Assembly: GCA_963814125.1 (NCBI GenBank)
Contig: CAWFBR010000007.1
Coordinates: 18,506 to 82,505, forward strand
Source of the DNA: an uncultured Chloroflexia bacterium
GTDB lineage: Bacteria; Chloroflexota; Limnocylindria; Limnocylindrales; CSP1-4
Reading direction: 5' to 3'
Length of the DNA stretch: 64,000 nt
This document shows positions 48,735-58,718 of the stretch, piece after piece (the stretch's first letter is position 1; each line of letters opens with the position of its first letter). A program made the position numbers and the translations under genes. The notes below the pieces were generated by a model. The model had not been told where the DNA came from. It saw only the letters and a list, made by a program, of their open reading frames with translations, and made no database searches.

Positions 48735-50083
48735 CCGCGATGCCGCCCAACGCCTCCAAGCCCAAAGGCATCGGACCCGGGTGCCTGATTGGAACCATCT
48801 CCGGCGCCGGCCTCTTCATCGTCCTCATTTCGTTGTTGGTATTCACGGTCTCGCTACCGCGAAATATCGACTTCAATGCCACCCCGGCTTGGGCAGCTAA
48901 CGGGGAAGACCAGAGCAGCTACGCCACCCAGGACCTCTATGTGGCCCTGAACGCGTCGCTGTCGCACGGCGATCGTGACGCGTTCATGGAGCACGTGGGT
49001 GGGGATGCCATCGAGACCATGACCCTCTTCTTCGACAACATGGATGCGCTCGGCTGGTCCAAGGGCGCAATCAGCACCAACGATTTCGATAGTCTTCTGA
49101 GCACGCCAGAAACCACCATCACGGTGAAGTCGATCCTCGGCGTCGATGCGGGATTTACCGCATCCGCCCCGCGAGGTAGCGGCGGCAGAGATGCGGGCCT
49201 CATTTTCATTCAAGGCTACGTCTACGACGTTCAGATCGGCATGGAGGGTGGCCACGCCGTCATCACCGGCATCGCTGCAAGCAACACCACGCTGCCGTGG
49301 CTTGAACAAGAACTCTACGTGACCAAAACAGCCCATGTCGTCGCTGCCGGCTACCCGGCGGAGAAGGCAATCGTCGATCAAGTAGCGGCCAAGGCCGAGC
49401 CCGCCGCTGTGTGGGTGCTGGACAAACTCAACACGGAGAAGAGCCCGCTGCCCCTGGCAGGCTTCACCACCTTCGTTACTGACGACCCCGCCGTCTTCGC
49501 CAGTTGGTTCACTACGGATGTAACGAAAGATTGGAAGATGGACATCGCGGGAACAGCTTTCCCGACTCGTCGACCGGATGCCAATGAGTTTGTTGACCCG
49601 CTCATCGCGACTGGCTCAGAGACGGCGGCGAGCGTCGTCACTATTGGGCCGGGTGCCATGAATCAGCTCCCCGCCACCCTCGCACACGAATACGTACACG
49701 TGTCACAAATCGTGCAGGTTTCGAGTGGATTCGGTTCGCCGCCGCTCAACACAATCGAAGGGTGGGCGGTGTACATGGACACGCTCTACGTCAACGGCAA
49801 CAAGTACCCCTCTCACCACGTCGAGCTTGCCGCGTCTCTGGCTTACGCCGACCCCACTGGTGCGGCGCCAACCGACGACCAGCTGCACTCAGCTGACGCC
49901 TACTACTACTACCAACTTGCTGGAAGCCGCTTTGCGTATGCGGCAGCCAAAGGTTACGACGTGGAGAAGCTCGCCAATTTCTCGAAGTTGGTTGGGGTCG
50001 ATCCGATCAAGGCATCGACCGATCTCAACAACGGAAACACGCTGTCCGATGCCGGTTGGCTGGCTTGGGCGAAGGCCAACTAG
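48731..50083 (+). CDS. Membrane-anchored putative zinc metallopeptidase (gluzincin-like)
   Basis: N-terminal TM; LAHEYVHV HExxH followed by EGWA; GTGA overlap with the upstream gene. Confidence 0.7.
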   Translation: MTAMPPNASKPKGIGPGCLIGTISGAGLFIVLISLLVFTVSLPRNIDFNATPAWAANGEDQSSYATQDLYVALNASLSHGDRDAFMEHVGGDAIETMTLFFDNMDALGWSKGAISTNDFDSLLSTPETTITVKSILGVDAGFTASAPRGSGGRDAGLIFIQGYVYDVQIGMEGGHAVITGIAASNTTLPWLEQELYVTKTAHVVAAGYPAEKAIVDQVAAKAEPAAVWVLDKLNTEKSPLPLAGFTTFVTDDPAVFASWFTTDVTKDWKMDIAGTAFPTRRPDANEFVDPLIATGSETAASVVTIGPGAMNQLPATLAHEYVHVSQIVQVSSGFGSPPLNTIEGWAVYMDTLYVNGNKYPSHHVELAASLAYADPTGAAPTDDQLHSADAYYYYQLAGSRFAYAAAKGYDVEKLANFSKLVGVDPIKASTDLNNGNTLSDAGWLAWAKAN

Positions 50084-50163
50084 TCGATTAGCGCGAGCCC
50101 CTGGCGCGGTTGGCGCCCTGCATTGCTCCCGGTGGACGCAGCTGAAGCAGAACGCTGACTCGG

Positions 50164-50415
50164 TCATGGGGTGAAGAGTTCCGCCGGCGAGAGCGGCGTA
50201 TCCGCGCCCAGGGCTCCCGTGATCAGGACGTCGCCGCCCGGCAGGAGCGTCGCGGTCTGCCCCCAGTGAGGGTTCAACGTCGACCCTGTCTGGCTGAACG
50301 AGCCGGTCAGCGGGTCATACAGCTCCGCCGAAGTCAGATAGCCCTGGCCTCCACCTCCGACGATCAGGACCTCGCCGTTCGCAAGCAAGGTCCCGGTGTG
50401 CCGGGTGCGAGGCCT
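50164..50415 (-). pseudogene. Kelch/galactose-oxidase-repeat C-terminal fragment
   Basis: HTGTLLANGEVLIVGG...SAELYDP and TATLLPGGDVLITG; only two repeats, 5' part replaced by the gntR promoter. Confidence 0.7.
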
Positions 50416-50450
50416 TGTCTGGAAGGACTGGGAGTCGCACAGCCCTCGCC

Positions 50451-50497
50451 TTGACGTCAGCCTGCCATACTGGTACATTACTCAAGTAATGAACCAG
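50451..50497 (+). promoter_or_regulatory. Promoter plus YtrA-type palindromic operator
   Basis: TTGACG (50451)-17 bp-TACATT; CTGGTACATTACT-ca-AGTAATGAACCAG (one mismatch). Confidence 0.75.
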
Positions 50498-50531
50498 CCA
50501 ACACGCCACGACAGAGCTCAGGGAGCCGACC

Positions 50532-50909
50532 GTGCTCGATGACGGAGCGCCGATCTTCTCCCAGGTCGCCGAGCGCCTGGCCGACGACATCGCCGAGGGA
50601 GCTCTCGCCGAGGGCGCGCGAGTGCCCTCGACCAACGAACTCGCGGCCTTCTATGGGATCAACCCCGCCACCGCGGCGAAGGGCATCAACGTGTTGATCG
50701 ACGACGGGCTGCTCGAGAAGCACCGTGGCGTCGGGATGTTCGTCGCCTCGGGCGCCCGCGAGCGCCTGCTCGACGCCCGCCGCCAACGCTTCGCCGAACG
50801 CTACGTCGAGCCGCTGGTCGCGGAGGCGAGCCGGCTCGGGATCGACGCCGACGCCCTGGTGGCGCTGATCGGAAAGTCGGGCCAGACCCGGGAAGGCAGC
50901 AAGCTATGA
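50532..50909 (+). CDS. GntR-family (YtrA subfamily) regulator
   Basis: PIFSQVA, VPSTNELA....INPATAAKG, KHRGVGMFV. Confidence 0.93.
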   Translation: MLDDGAPIFSQVAERLADDIAEGALAEGARVPSTNELAAFYGINPATAAKGINVLIDDGLLEKHRGVGMFVASGARERLLDARRQRFAERYVEPLVAEASRLGIDADALVALIGKSGQTREGSKL

Positions 50910-51814
50910 CGCCGACTATTTCGCTCTCCGGTCTGACCCGCCGTTACCGCGACGCGCTCGCCCTCGACGACGTCAGCCTCGACATCGAAGGCGCGGCCAT
51001 CACGGGCCTACTGGGTCGCAACGGCGCCGGCAAGACGACGCTCATGCGCATCGTCGCGGCGCAGGAATTCGCGACCGCGGGCCGCGTCCAAGTTTTCGGC
51101 GCCAGCCCGGCAGAGAACGACGCGATCCTGCGTCGACTGGTGCTGGTCCGAGAAGACCAAGTCTTTCCCGATATCAAGGTCGGCCAGGCCCTTCGGCTGG
51201 CGTCCTGGTTCTACCCAAACTGGAGCGGCGACCTTGCCGGGACGCTCGTCGAGGAATCCGAGCTCCCGACCAGCCGATACGTCGGGGCGCTGTCACGGGG
51301 GATGCGGACCACGCTCGGCAACGCGATCGGGCTGGCGGCACGGGCCGAGGTGACGCTTTTCGACGAGCCCTACGCGGGGCTGGACGCGGCGGCGCGGCAG
51401 TTCTTCAACGACCGGTTGCTCGCCGACTACACCGAGCATCCCCGGACGGTGGTTCTCTCGACGCATCTGATCGACGAGGTCGCGGACCTGCTCGAGCGAG
51501 TGGTGCTGATTGAGCGGGGGCGGATCGTGCTCGACGCGGGCGCCGACGAGATCCGAGGCAGCGCGACGAGGGTGAGCGGCTCCACGGCGGCCGTCGAGCG
51601 GTTCGTCGCCGGCCGCTCGACCTGGGGCCGGCGCACCATCGTTTCGCAGACCTCCGTGGTATTGGCCGCGGAACTCGACGAGGCCGAGAGGGCCCGCGCC
51701 CGGGCGCTGCGGCTCAGTCTGGAGCCTGTTTCCCTGCAGCAGGTGATCGTCCACGCTGCGGGCGGGGTCGTGGCCGCGTCCGCAAATGCGTCGTCGGAAA
51801 GGACCCTCGCATGA
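50906..51814 (+). CDS. ABC transporter ATP-binding protein (YtrB-like)
   Basis: GRNGAGKTT, LSRGM, FDEPYAGLD, STH. Confidence 0.94.
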   Translation: MTPTISLSGLTRRYRDALALDDVSLDIEGAAITGLLGRNGAGKTTLMRIVAAQEFATAGRVQVFGASPAENDAILRRLVLVREDQVFPDIKVGQALRLASWFYPNWSGDLAGTLVEESELPTSRYVGALSRGMRTTLGNAIGLAARAEVTLFDEPYAGLDAAARQFFNDRLLADYTEHPRTVVLSTHLIDEVADLLERVVLIERGRIVLDAGADEIRGSATRVSGSTAAVERFVAGRSTWGRRTIVSQTSVVLAAELDEAERARARALRLSLEPVSLQQVIVHAAGGVVAASANASSERTLA

Positions 51815-52494
51815 GCACCTGGATCAACGTTGCGCGCTATCAGATCGTTCAGCGCTTCAACAGCGTCACGCTCCCCTGGGCCGCCCTGGCGCTCCTGTTC
51901 GCGGCGCAATGGGCCATCATCGCCGTGCTCGGCACGCGCGACGTCCAGCTTACGGGCCTGGTGGCGATCTACGCCGTCTTCTTCATCGTCGGTGTGAGTA
52001 ACGTCGCACGGTCGCTGCCGTTCGGGCTCGCGCTGGGCTTGAGCCGGCGCTCCTACTACCTTGGGACTGTCCTGTTCGCGCTCGCCTTGAGTGCACTCGA
52101 CGGGTGGCTGCTCGCCGGGTTGCAGGAAATCGAACGGGCGACCGGCGGCTGGGGCCTCGGAATGTTCTTCTTCCGGGTGCACTACATCCTCGACGGCCCG
52201 TGGTACCTCACCTGGCTGACGTCGTTCGTGGCTCTGACGCTCGTGTTCGTCTACGGCATGTGGTGGGGGCTCGTCTACCTCCGCTGGCGGCGGATGGGCG
52301 TACGGGTCTTCGTCGTAGCCCAGATCCTCGCGCTGCTCGCGGTTGGACTCACGGCGGATCGCTTCGCTGCATGGCCCAACATCGGCCGGTTCTTCACCGA
52401 CCTCACCGCTCTGGGGCTGACCGGCGCTCTCGCCGCGACCGCGGCCGCGCTCCTCGTGGGCGGATACGCCGCCATTCGGCGGGTGGCCGTCTGA
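51811..52494 (+). CDS. ABC transporter permease
   Basis: 6 TM; ALGLSRRSYY; ATGA overlap. Confidence 0.85.
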   Translation: MSTWINVARYQIVQRFNSVTLPWAALALLFAAQWAIIAVLGTRDVQLTGLVAIYAVFFIVGVSNVARSLPFGLALGLSRRSYYLGTVLFALALSALDGWLLAGLQEIERATGGWGLGMFFFRVHYILDGPWYLTWLTSFVALTLVFVYGMWWGLVYLRWRRMGVRVFVVAQILALLAVGLTADRFAAWPNIGRFFTDLTALGLTGALAATAAALLVGGYAAIRRVAV

Positions 52495-52496
52495 CC

Positions 52497-54001
52497 GTGA
52501 CTCCCTCAACCGCCGCCTCCATCAGACAGCGTTTCTCCTGGGCAGCCGTCCCCTGGCCCGTGTTCTTGATCGCGGGCTTGATGTTCGTCGGGCTGATGGC
52601 CCTGTCGGGCGCCTACGGCTTCCACGGCGATGAGATGTACTTCGTCGTCGCGGGCCAGCACCCTGCGTTCGGCTACGTCGACCAACCCCCGTTGACGCCG
52701 CTCCTCTCGGCCGCCTCCGTGGCCCTGTTTGGGGTATCGCCGACGGCCGTGCGGATCCTGCCCGCACTCGAGATGGGGCTAATCGTGATCCTCATCGCGT
52801 TGATGGCCCGGGACCTTGGCGGCTCGCGCCGAGCGCAAATCCTGGCGGCGATGACGGCGGCGATCTCCGGCTATCTCGGTGCCGGCCATCTCGACACCAC
52901 GACCGAGCCCGACCTGCTCGCCTGGGCGGTAATCCTGTGGCTCGTGGTGAAGCTGCTCGCGGGCGGCGATCGGCGCCTCTGGCTGGCCGTTGGCGTCACC
53001 GCGGGGATCGGCCTGGAGAACAAGGACACACTCCTGTTCCTCGGCGCCGGGTTGGCGGTCGGGCTTGTCCTGGCGCGGCGGTGGGATGTCGTTCGCTCGC
53101 CGTGGGCATGGGCCGCCATCGGGATTGCGCTGGTGATGTGGGTGCCGAACCTCGTCTGGCAGGCGGCCAACGGCTGGCCGCAGCTCACGATGGCACGGGC
53201 CATCTCCCAGTACGCCGGCGACAATCGCGGTCAGATCGTGCCGTTGCTGTGGCTGTTCACCGGCCCATTCCTGTTTCCGGTGACCGCGGCGGGTCTGATC
53301 TGGGTGCTGAGATCCAAGGCGGCGGCACCGTGGCGTGCGATCGGGATCGCCGCCCTGGTCGGCCTTCTCCTAGTCGTCGTCAGCGGCGGCAAGGCCTACT
53401 ACGCGATCGGTAGCGTGCCGGTCTTCATGGCGGCCGGGGCTATCCTGCTCGACCGCTGGTTGGCTCGCGGCCACACGCGCGTGAGGGAGCCACCTTCACC
53501 ACTGCCGCAGTCCTCTCGGGCGCCCTCATCGCCCTCCTGACCCTGCCGATCCTGCCACTGGCCACGTACGCCAAGTCGAGCCTGCCCGCCACCGTCCAAG
53601 ATGTGGCGAACACCGTCGGCTGGCCGCAGTACGTCGCCACGGTGGAAGGAGTTGTCGCGGCGCTGCCTGCGGACGAGCGAGCGCATGCGGTGATCCTGAC
53701 CAACGACTACAGCGAGGCGAGCCCGCTGATCTTGCTCGGTACGGGATTGCCGCCTATCTACTCCGGCCACAACTCTTTCTGGACGTGGGGACCGCCCCCG
53801 GCGGACCTGACGGTCGTCGTGCACGTGGGCGACTGGAGACCCGCCGACCCGAACCAGCTGTTCGTCGGCTGCCACGTGGTCGCACACATCGACAACGGGC
53901 TCGGTATCCCCAACGCCGAACAGGGCGGCGAGGTCTCCGTGTGCACCGGCCTGCGCGCGCCGTGGACCACGCTCTGGCCGGAACTTCGGACGATCAGCTA
54001 G
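52497..54001 (+). pseudogene. GT-C glycosyltransferase (ArnT/PMT_2, GT39/GT83-like), split by a one-base deletion
   Basis: FHGDEMYF, GYVDQPPLTP, GKAYY; frames join if GGG at 53485-53487 were GGGG; tail NDYSEAS...SGHNSFWTWGPP. Confidence 0.8.
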
Positions 54002-54080
54002 CTCCGGGACAACGCATCGTGACGAAGTTACTCACGATGACTTTGCGCACGCTCTTCTCCTCGTTCGACCTGGCCGCGCG

Positions 54081-54764
54081 CTACGACAGGTCCCGGTCTT
54101 CCATCTCCCAGGCGTGGTCGAGCATGTGTGCGGCGGAATGCCGGATCAGGTACCTGATCGGCCACTTCGCCACCGGCCCTGCCGTGACGCCACGCGCGTT
54201 GTAGTCCCGAATCGCCGCACAGAACGCCTCGCGATATGCGTGGACCTCCTCCGGACTCGCCCACGTGTCGAGCGTTGTGTTCACGCCTACCTTTGGGGCG
54301 AAGAGTTCGATCTCGGTCAACCTGGCGTGTCGGACGATCGCGTCGCGTTCGCGCCCGCCTCCACGCGGGCCCTTCCGTAGCTCGGCCGAGACTCGGCCGG
54401 CGACTTCGTCGAAGCACGCCCACGAAGCCTTCAGCAAGGCGAGCTCGCGTTCGCAATCGTCCTCGACCATCGTCGCCTTCTCGAGCTCGATCCACGCGCC
54501 CGACATCCCGTAGAAGTCGGTCAAGCCGGCGCCGGGAATGCGGTCGACGACACTGAACTCGCCGGTCGCCGCGAATTCGTTGTCAAGACCCGCGATGCCG
54601 GCGACGCGCGAATACCGCGGTCGGTAGGCGCCGAGAACGCCCAGGGCGTCCTCCTCGGACCGTCCGCTCCGGACCCAGCCGGGCCAGTCGATTGCAACGG
54701 CCACGGTCCGCTTCTTCTTGCCGCGCTCGACCATAACTCGAATTGGGTCGCTCACGGGCGCCAC
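54081..54764 (-). CDS. Conserved hypothetical protein with DinB-like C-terminus
   Basis: DWPGW.RSG, KGPRGGGR, IRHSAAHMLDHAWEMEDR. Confidence 0.75.
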   Translation of the reverse strand: MAPVSDPIRVMVERGKKKRTVAVAIDWPGWVRSGRSEEDALGVLGAYRPRYSRVAGIAGLDNEFAATGEFSVVDRIPGAGLTDFYGMSGAWIELEKATMVEDDCERELALLKASWACFDEVAGRVSAELRKGPRGGGRERDAIVRHARLTEIELFAPKVGVNTTLDTWASPEEVHAYREAFCAAIRDYNARGVTAGPVAKWPIRYLIRHSAAHMLDHAWEMEDRDLS

Positions 54765-55116
54765 TCTATGCGGCGTGCTGGCCCACGTCCAGCGTGGTGG
54801 CGATGGAGGTATCTGGCGAGCGATAGCTCTCGCCCGTCAAAACGATCACCTGGGCGCGGTGGACGAGGCGATCGAGATGATCAGCAGCCGCACCTTCGAT
54901 GGTCGTATCCAGGCGCTCGAATACGTTCCGACGATTCTGGCGGGGCCGCCCGGCACCCCGCAGGCTAGGACGTAAAGAAGCTCAGGCTTCGGGCGGCTGA
55001 GGGCCTTCTCACGCGGGGCTGTCCCGCTCGGCGCAGCGATTCCCGACGCCTCTGTTCGGCACGCACGACCCGGCCCATACTCGCGGACCTGGCAACCGAC
55101 ACATGGGGAGAGCGTC

Positions 55117-55740
55117 ATGGCTCGCGATGAAGAGCGTTTACATCGTTCCCAGGAACTACCGATCGTCGGGGGCCTTCCCGACGCACCCGGCATTGTCGCG
55201 GCGATCCGCCTGACGCCGGGCGTCGGACACCACATAAGGGGCCTCGCCGACGAGCTGCTCGTCAAGGACTACCCCGGCGCCACGCTGCGCCGCTATGAGC
55301 GGGAGATGCTTGCGACGGCCGTCTCCGCAGCAAACGACTGCTTCTATTGCATGGACACACACGGAGCGTACGCCACGGCCTTGCTCGAGCGCCAGGACGC
55401 CGTCGAGCTGATGCCGATCATCGATCAGCTCAAGCTGGGGTCTTCAGACGGTCTCGGCGAGAAGATGCGATCGCTCCTGCATATCGCCCGCACCGTCCGG
55501 GCCGACGCTCGAGCCCTAACCGCGGCCGACGTTCAGGTTGCCCTCGATTGTGGCGCCACCGACGGCGACGTGCAGCTCGCGGTCCTCATCGCGGCCGCAT
55601 TCTCGATGTTCAACCGCATGGTCGACGGGCTCCGAGCACAAACCCCACCAAACCCCGCGGCATACCGCGCTCGCGCAGCCGAGATCGCCGAGCATGGGTA
55701 CGACGACCCGCGCGTTGTATCGCTGCCCGGTCGCTCCTGA
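55117..55740 (+). CDS. Carboxymuconolactone decarboxylase/AhpD-family (peroxidase-related) protein
   Basis: EREMLATAVS..NDCFYCMDTH (CxxC); FSMFNRMVDGL. Confidence 0.88.
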   Translation: MARDEERLHRSQELPIVGGLPDAPGIVAAIRLTPGVGHHIRGLADELLVKDYPGATLRRYEREMLATAVSAANDCFYCMDTHGAYATALLERQDAVELMPIIDQLKLGSSDGLGEKMRSLLHIARTVRADARALTAADVQVALDCGATDGDVQLAVLIAAAFSMFNRMVDGLRAQTPPNPAAYRARAAEIAEHGYDDPRVVSLPGRS

Positions 55741-55805
55741 CAAGCTCTCGAAGACCTGGGGTCGCTCTGGTCGGCGCCGCCGCCACAGGTGAGGGACGCC
55801 AGGAC

Positions 55806-56132
55806 CTACGCCAGACGTATGAGGGCGTCGGGCAGACGCGATTGCAGCCGTGTCATCGTGCCGAACGGGATGAGCGACAGCCAGAAGAGCAGGTGCAGGT
55901 TGGCCCACAGCGTCCGACCATCGACGCGTTCGACGACGGACAGCAGGTGGTGGTGGTTGTTCCAGTAGATGCCCAGCCACACGAAGCTCAGCACGTAGCT
56001 CACGAATACAGGCGCCAGCGGCCGCAGCGACTCGAGCGTGGCGTCGGGGGGCGGCGTCAGGCCCAGGACCATGATCGTGATCAGGATCGCGACGACCCCG
56101 TCGCTGAACGAAGCCATCCGGGTCTTGTCCAC
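55806..56132 (-). pseudogene. Truncated TMEM175/DUF1211 potassium-channel family gene
   Basis: FSDGVVAILITIMVL, SYVLSF..LGIYWNNHHHL, LFWLSLIPF; ends after about 3 TM (about half length). Confidence 0.8.
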
Positions 56133-56363
56133 TGGCGTCTCTCCGGTGCGGACGGTGCCGGCTCTCACGACGGCTCCCGACCGCGAGGCTGGCGCGATCG
56201 CAGTCGCGCGTCAAGCGCGTGCCGCGGCGGGCGCGGAGCGTGGTCGCCCGGGCGTCAGGCGGCACGACGTCACGCCACGCGCCGCGCCTAGCGGGGAGCC
56301 GATCGACCTTGTCTTGACTGACCTCGTAATGCCGGGCATCCGGCTGTCAGCCGCGGCTGGGAA

Positions 56364-57584
56364 TCAAGACTTCCTCACCGAGACCTGATTGACGCCACCG
56401 CTGATGTCGATCTCGTAGCGAGATTCGGCCGTTGGGTAGCCGTCGCTCTGGAGCCTGGTCTGGCTGCTGCTGGCGCCCAAATGATGCGCATCGAGGCTCA
56501 AGTCCGACACCCCGCCGGCGACGTTCACGCGGACGGCCACCGACGCCGGTCGCCAGAAGGTTGCGTCCCTCGCGCCACCGGCGATCCGCAGCGGGACAGA
56601 GCCGGCGGGCTCCGGCAGCTTCATGGTGACTTGATCCACTCCGCCTCGCACTTCGAGCCCGACGAAGGCCAGAGAGCTGAGATCGGCGTCCAGGTTGGAC
56701 AGGCCCTCCTGAACCTCGATGGACCAAGGGATCGAAGCGTTCAGCGCGATGCTCGCGCCGCGCGAACGCCAGTCCACCGGGAGGCGTTTGTAGCGCATCG
56801 TCACGACACCATCCCTTACGCCGATGTCGGGGGGTGGACCGTTGAACCTGGCGGATATGAGGTCGCCGATGGGCGCGGAGCCGGCCAGGGAAAGTCGCGA
56901 CGCGCTGGTCTCGACCACAACGCGCGCCACAGCGGATGGACCAAGCGGGGCTGCCCGCCAGGCGAAGCGCGGGGCCCCCGATGCGAAGACCAGCCGCCCG
57001 ATCGTTGCGTCGCCGAGCGGCGCCGTGAACGTGTCGCCGATCAGGCCGCCGCGGGAGGAGACCCGCAAACGTTCGGTCTCGGCGGCGAGGATCGCTGTCG
57101 TCCGGGCGACGTACTCGCGGATCGCAGCGCGCTCCAAATCGTTGAACTGAGCCACGAGATCGGCGGTGGCCCGCTCGAGAGAGGCAAAGACGCTGGCCGT
57201 CTCCTGGGTCCGACCGGGCAAGACAGAGACCGTTATCCGGCGCCGGTCGATCGGGTCGGCCGCGCGACGAACCATGCCAGCCTTCTCCAGGCGATCGAGG
57301 ACGCCGGTTACGGCACCGGTGGTGAGCCCGCTCAGCTCGGCCAGGCGCGTGGGGGTGATCGGGCTCTTGGCGCGAAGCAGCTCCAGGCACGTTAGGTCGG
57401 TCGCGTTTAGTCCCATGCGCTCGGCGGCTGCCTCATGCAATAGGACCCAGCGAACGGACAGACCACGCACCAGCTCGGCCCCCAGTGAGGCCTCAGAGGG
57501 GGCGGCCGCCCCGGTTTCAGTGGTGGCGCCCGCGCTCGGGGCTGAAGTCGGCCCCGTCTCAATTTCCGGTCGATCGCTTGACAT
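56364..57584 (-). CDS. MarR-family regulator fused to a C-terminal beta-rich (DUF4097/LiaF-like) domain
   Basis: GLNATDLTCL, TPTRLAELSGLTTGAVTGVLDRLEKAG, DRRR; C-terminal repeats such as LEVRGGVDQVTM and IDISGGVNQVSV. Confidence 0.85.
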   Translation of the reverse strand: MSSDRPEIETGPTSAPSAGATTETGAAAPSEASLGAELVRGLSVRWVLLHEAAAERMGLNATDLTCLELLRAKSPITPTRLAELSGLTTGAVTGVLDRLEKAGMVRRAADPIDRRRITVSVLPGRTQETASVFASLERATADLVAQFNDLERAAIREYVARTTAILAAETERLRVSSRGGLIGDTFTAPLGDATIGRLVFASGAPRFAWRAAPLGPSAVARVVVETSASRLSLAGSAPIGDLISARFNGPPPDIGVRDGVVTMRYKRLPVDWRSRGASIALNASIPWSIEVQEGLSNLDADLSSLAFVGLEVRGGVDQVTMKLPEPAGSVPLRIAGGARDATFWRPASVAVRVNVAGGVSDLSLDAHHLGASSSQTRLQSDGYPTAESRYEIDISGGVNQVSVRKS

Positions 57585-57615
57585 CAGTTGGGCTGCTCGT
57601 TCATCCTGCCAATAT

Positions 57616-57628
57616 CTTAGCAGCTAAG
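57616..57628. promoter_or_regulatory. Palindrome in the divergent marR/ABC gap (probable MarR operator)
   Basis: CTTAG-cag-CTAAG within an AT-rich patch. Confidence 0.55.
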
Positions 57629-57701
57629 CTACTTACATCGCAACGCACAACCAACCCCGACAGGCTCGCGACCCAGACCGGGGTGGTCAGAGGACACCCG
57701 A

Positions 57702-58718
57702 ATGATGACTCTTCCATCGCCGACACAGAGAACGACTACGACCAACGCGCCCGGGCTGGCAGCCATCGAGGCCGTCGATCTCGTCAAGACCTACCGCGGT
57801 GGCGTCCGCGCCCTCGACGGAGTCAGTCTGACCGTTCAACCGGGCACCATCTTTGGACTGCTCGGGCCTAACGGTGCTGGCAAATCGACGACGGTCAAGA
57901 TCCTAACCACGCTCGCTCGAGCGGATTCCGGGTCGGCCCGGGTCATGGGCGTCGACGTCATGCGCTCACCGGACCGCGTCCGCCGCAGCATCGGGGTCGT
58001 CGGCCAGCATGGCGCCGTCGATCCTGAGGCGACGGGCCGCGAGAACCTGACCCTTCAGGGCCGCATCTACGGCATGGGCGGACCTACGCTCACCCACCGC
58101 GTCGACGAGCTCCTTCAGACGTTCGGGTTGACGGCGGCCGCCAACCGCATCGCCAAGACCTGGTCCGGCGGCATGCAACGCAAGCTCGACGTGGCCACCG
58201 GACTCGTCCACCGCCCGGCGGTGCTGTTCCTCGATGAGCCCACGACGGGTCTCGACCCAGAGGCGCGCGCGGATCTGTGGACCGAGGTCCAGCGCCTGGC
58301 GGCAGCGGGGCTGACCATCCTGGCAACCACTCACTACCTCGAAGAAGCGGATCGGCTCGCGGACCAGGTCGCGATAATCGACCACGGCCGCATTGTAGCC
58401 AGCGGCACACCCGACGAGCTGAAGTCGGAACTCCGAGGCGACGCAATCGTCGTGGAGCTTCAAGAGTCGCCCCGCAGCGGCGCCGCGGCGGCGGTGCTGG
58501 CGGGAGTCGAGGGCCTGCGCGACCCTCTCGTCGATGGCCGAACGCTCCGAGTCCGTGCAGACGACGGTGCCGGCTCTGCCCCGGCAGTGCTCGCCGCGCT
58601 AGACGCGGCCGGGCTGGCGGTGGCTTCGGTCACCGTGGCTCGCCCATCGCTCGACGACGTCTACCTGCGACACACTGGCCGGGCCTATAGCCCGGCGAGC
58701 CAGGAGGCAATCCGATGA
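57702..58718 (+). CDS. DrrA-like ABC exporter ATP-binding protein
   Basis: GPNGAGKST, WSGGMQRKLD, LDEPTTGLD, TTHYLEEAD. Confidence 0.94.
   Translation: MMTLPSPTQRTTTTNAPGLAAIEAVDLVKTYRGGVRALDGVSLTVQPGTIFGLLGPNGAGKSTTVKILTTLARADSGSARVMGVDVMRSPDRVRRSIGVVGQHGAVDPEATGRENLTLQGRIYGMGGPTLTHRVDELLQTFGLTAAANRIAKTWSGGMQRKLDVATGLVHRPAVLFLDEPTTGLDPEARADLWTEVQRLAAAGLTILATTHYLEEADRLADQVAIIDHGRIVASGTPDELKSELRGDAIVVELQESPRSGAAAAVLAGVEGLRDPLVDGRTLRVRADDGAGSAPAVLAALDAAGLAVASVTVARPSLDDVYLRHTGRAYSPASQEAIR

Noticed and set aside
46504-50083. WYL-regulated anti-phage defence system
   Set aside because: YafY-type WYL divergent from a hydrolase is a common arrangement; downstream genes lack nuclease or ATPase motifs.
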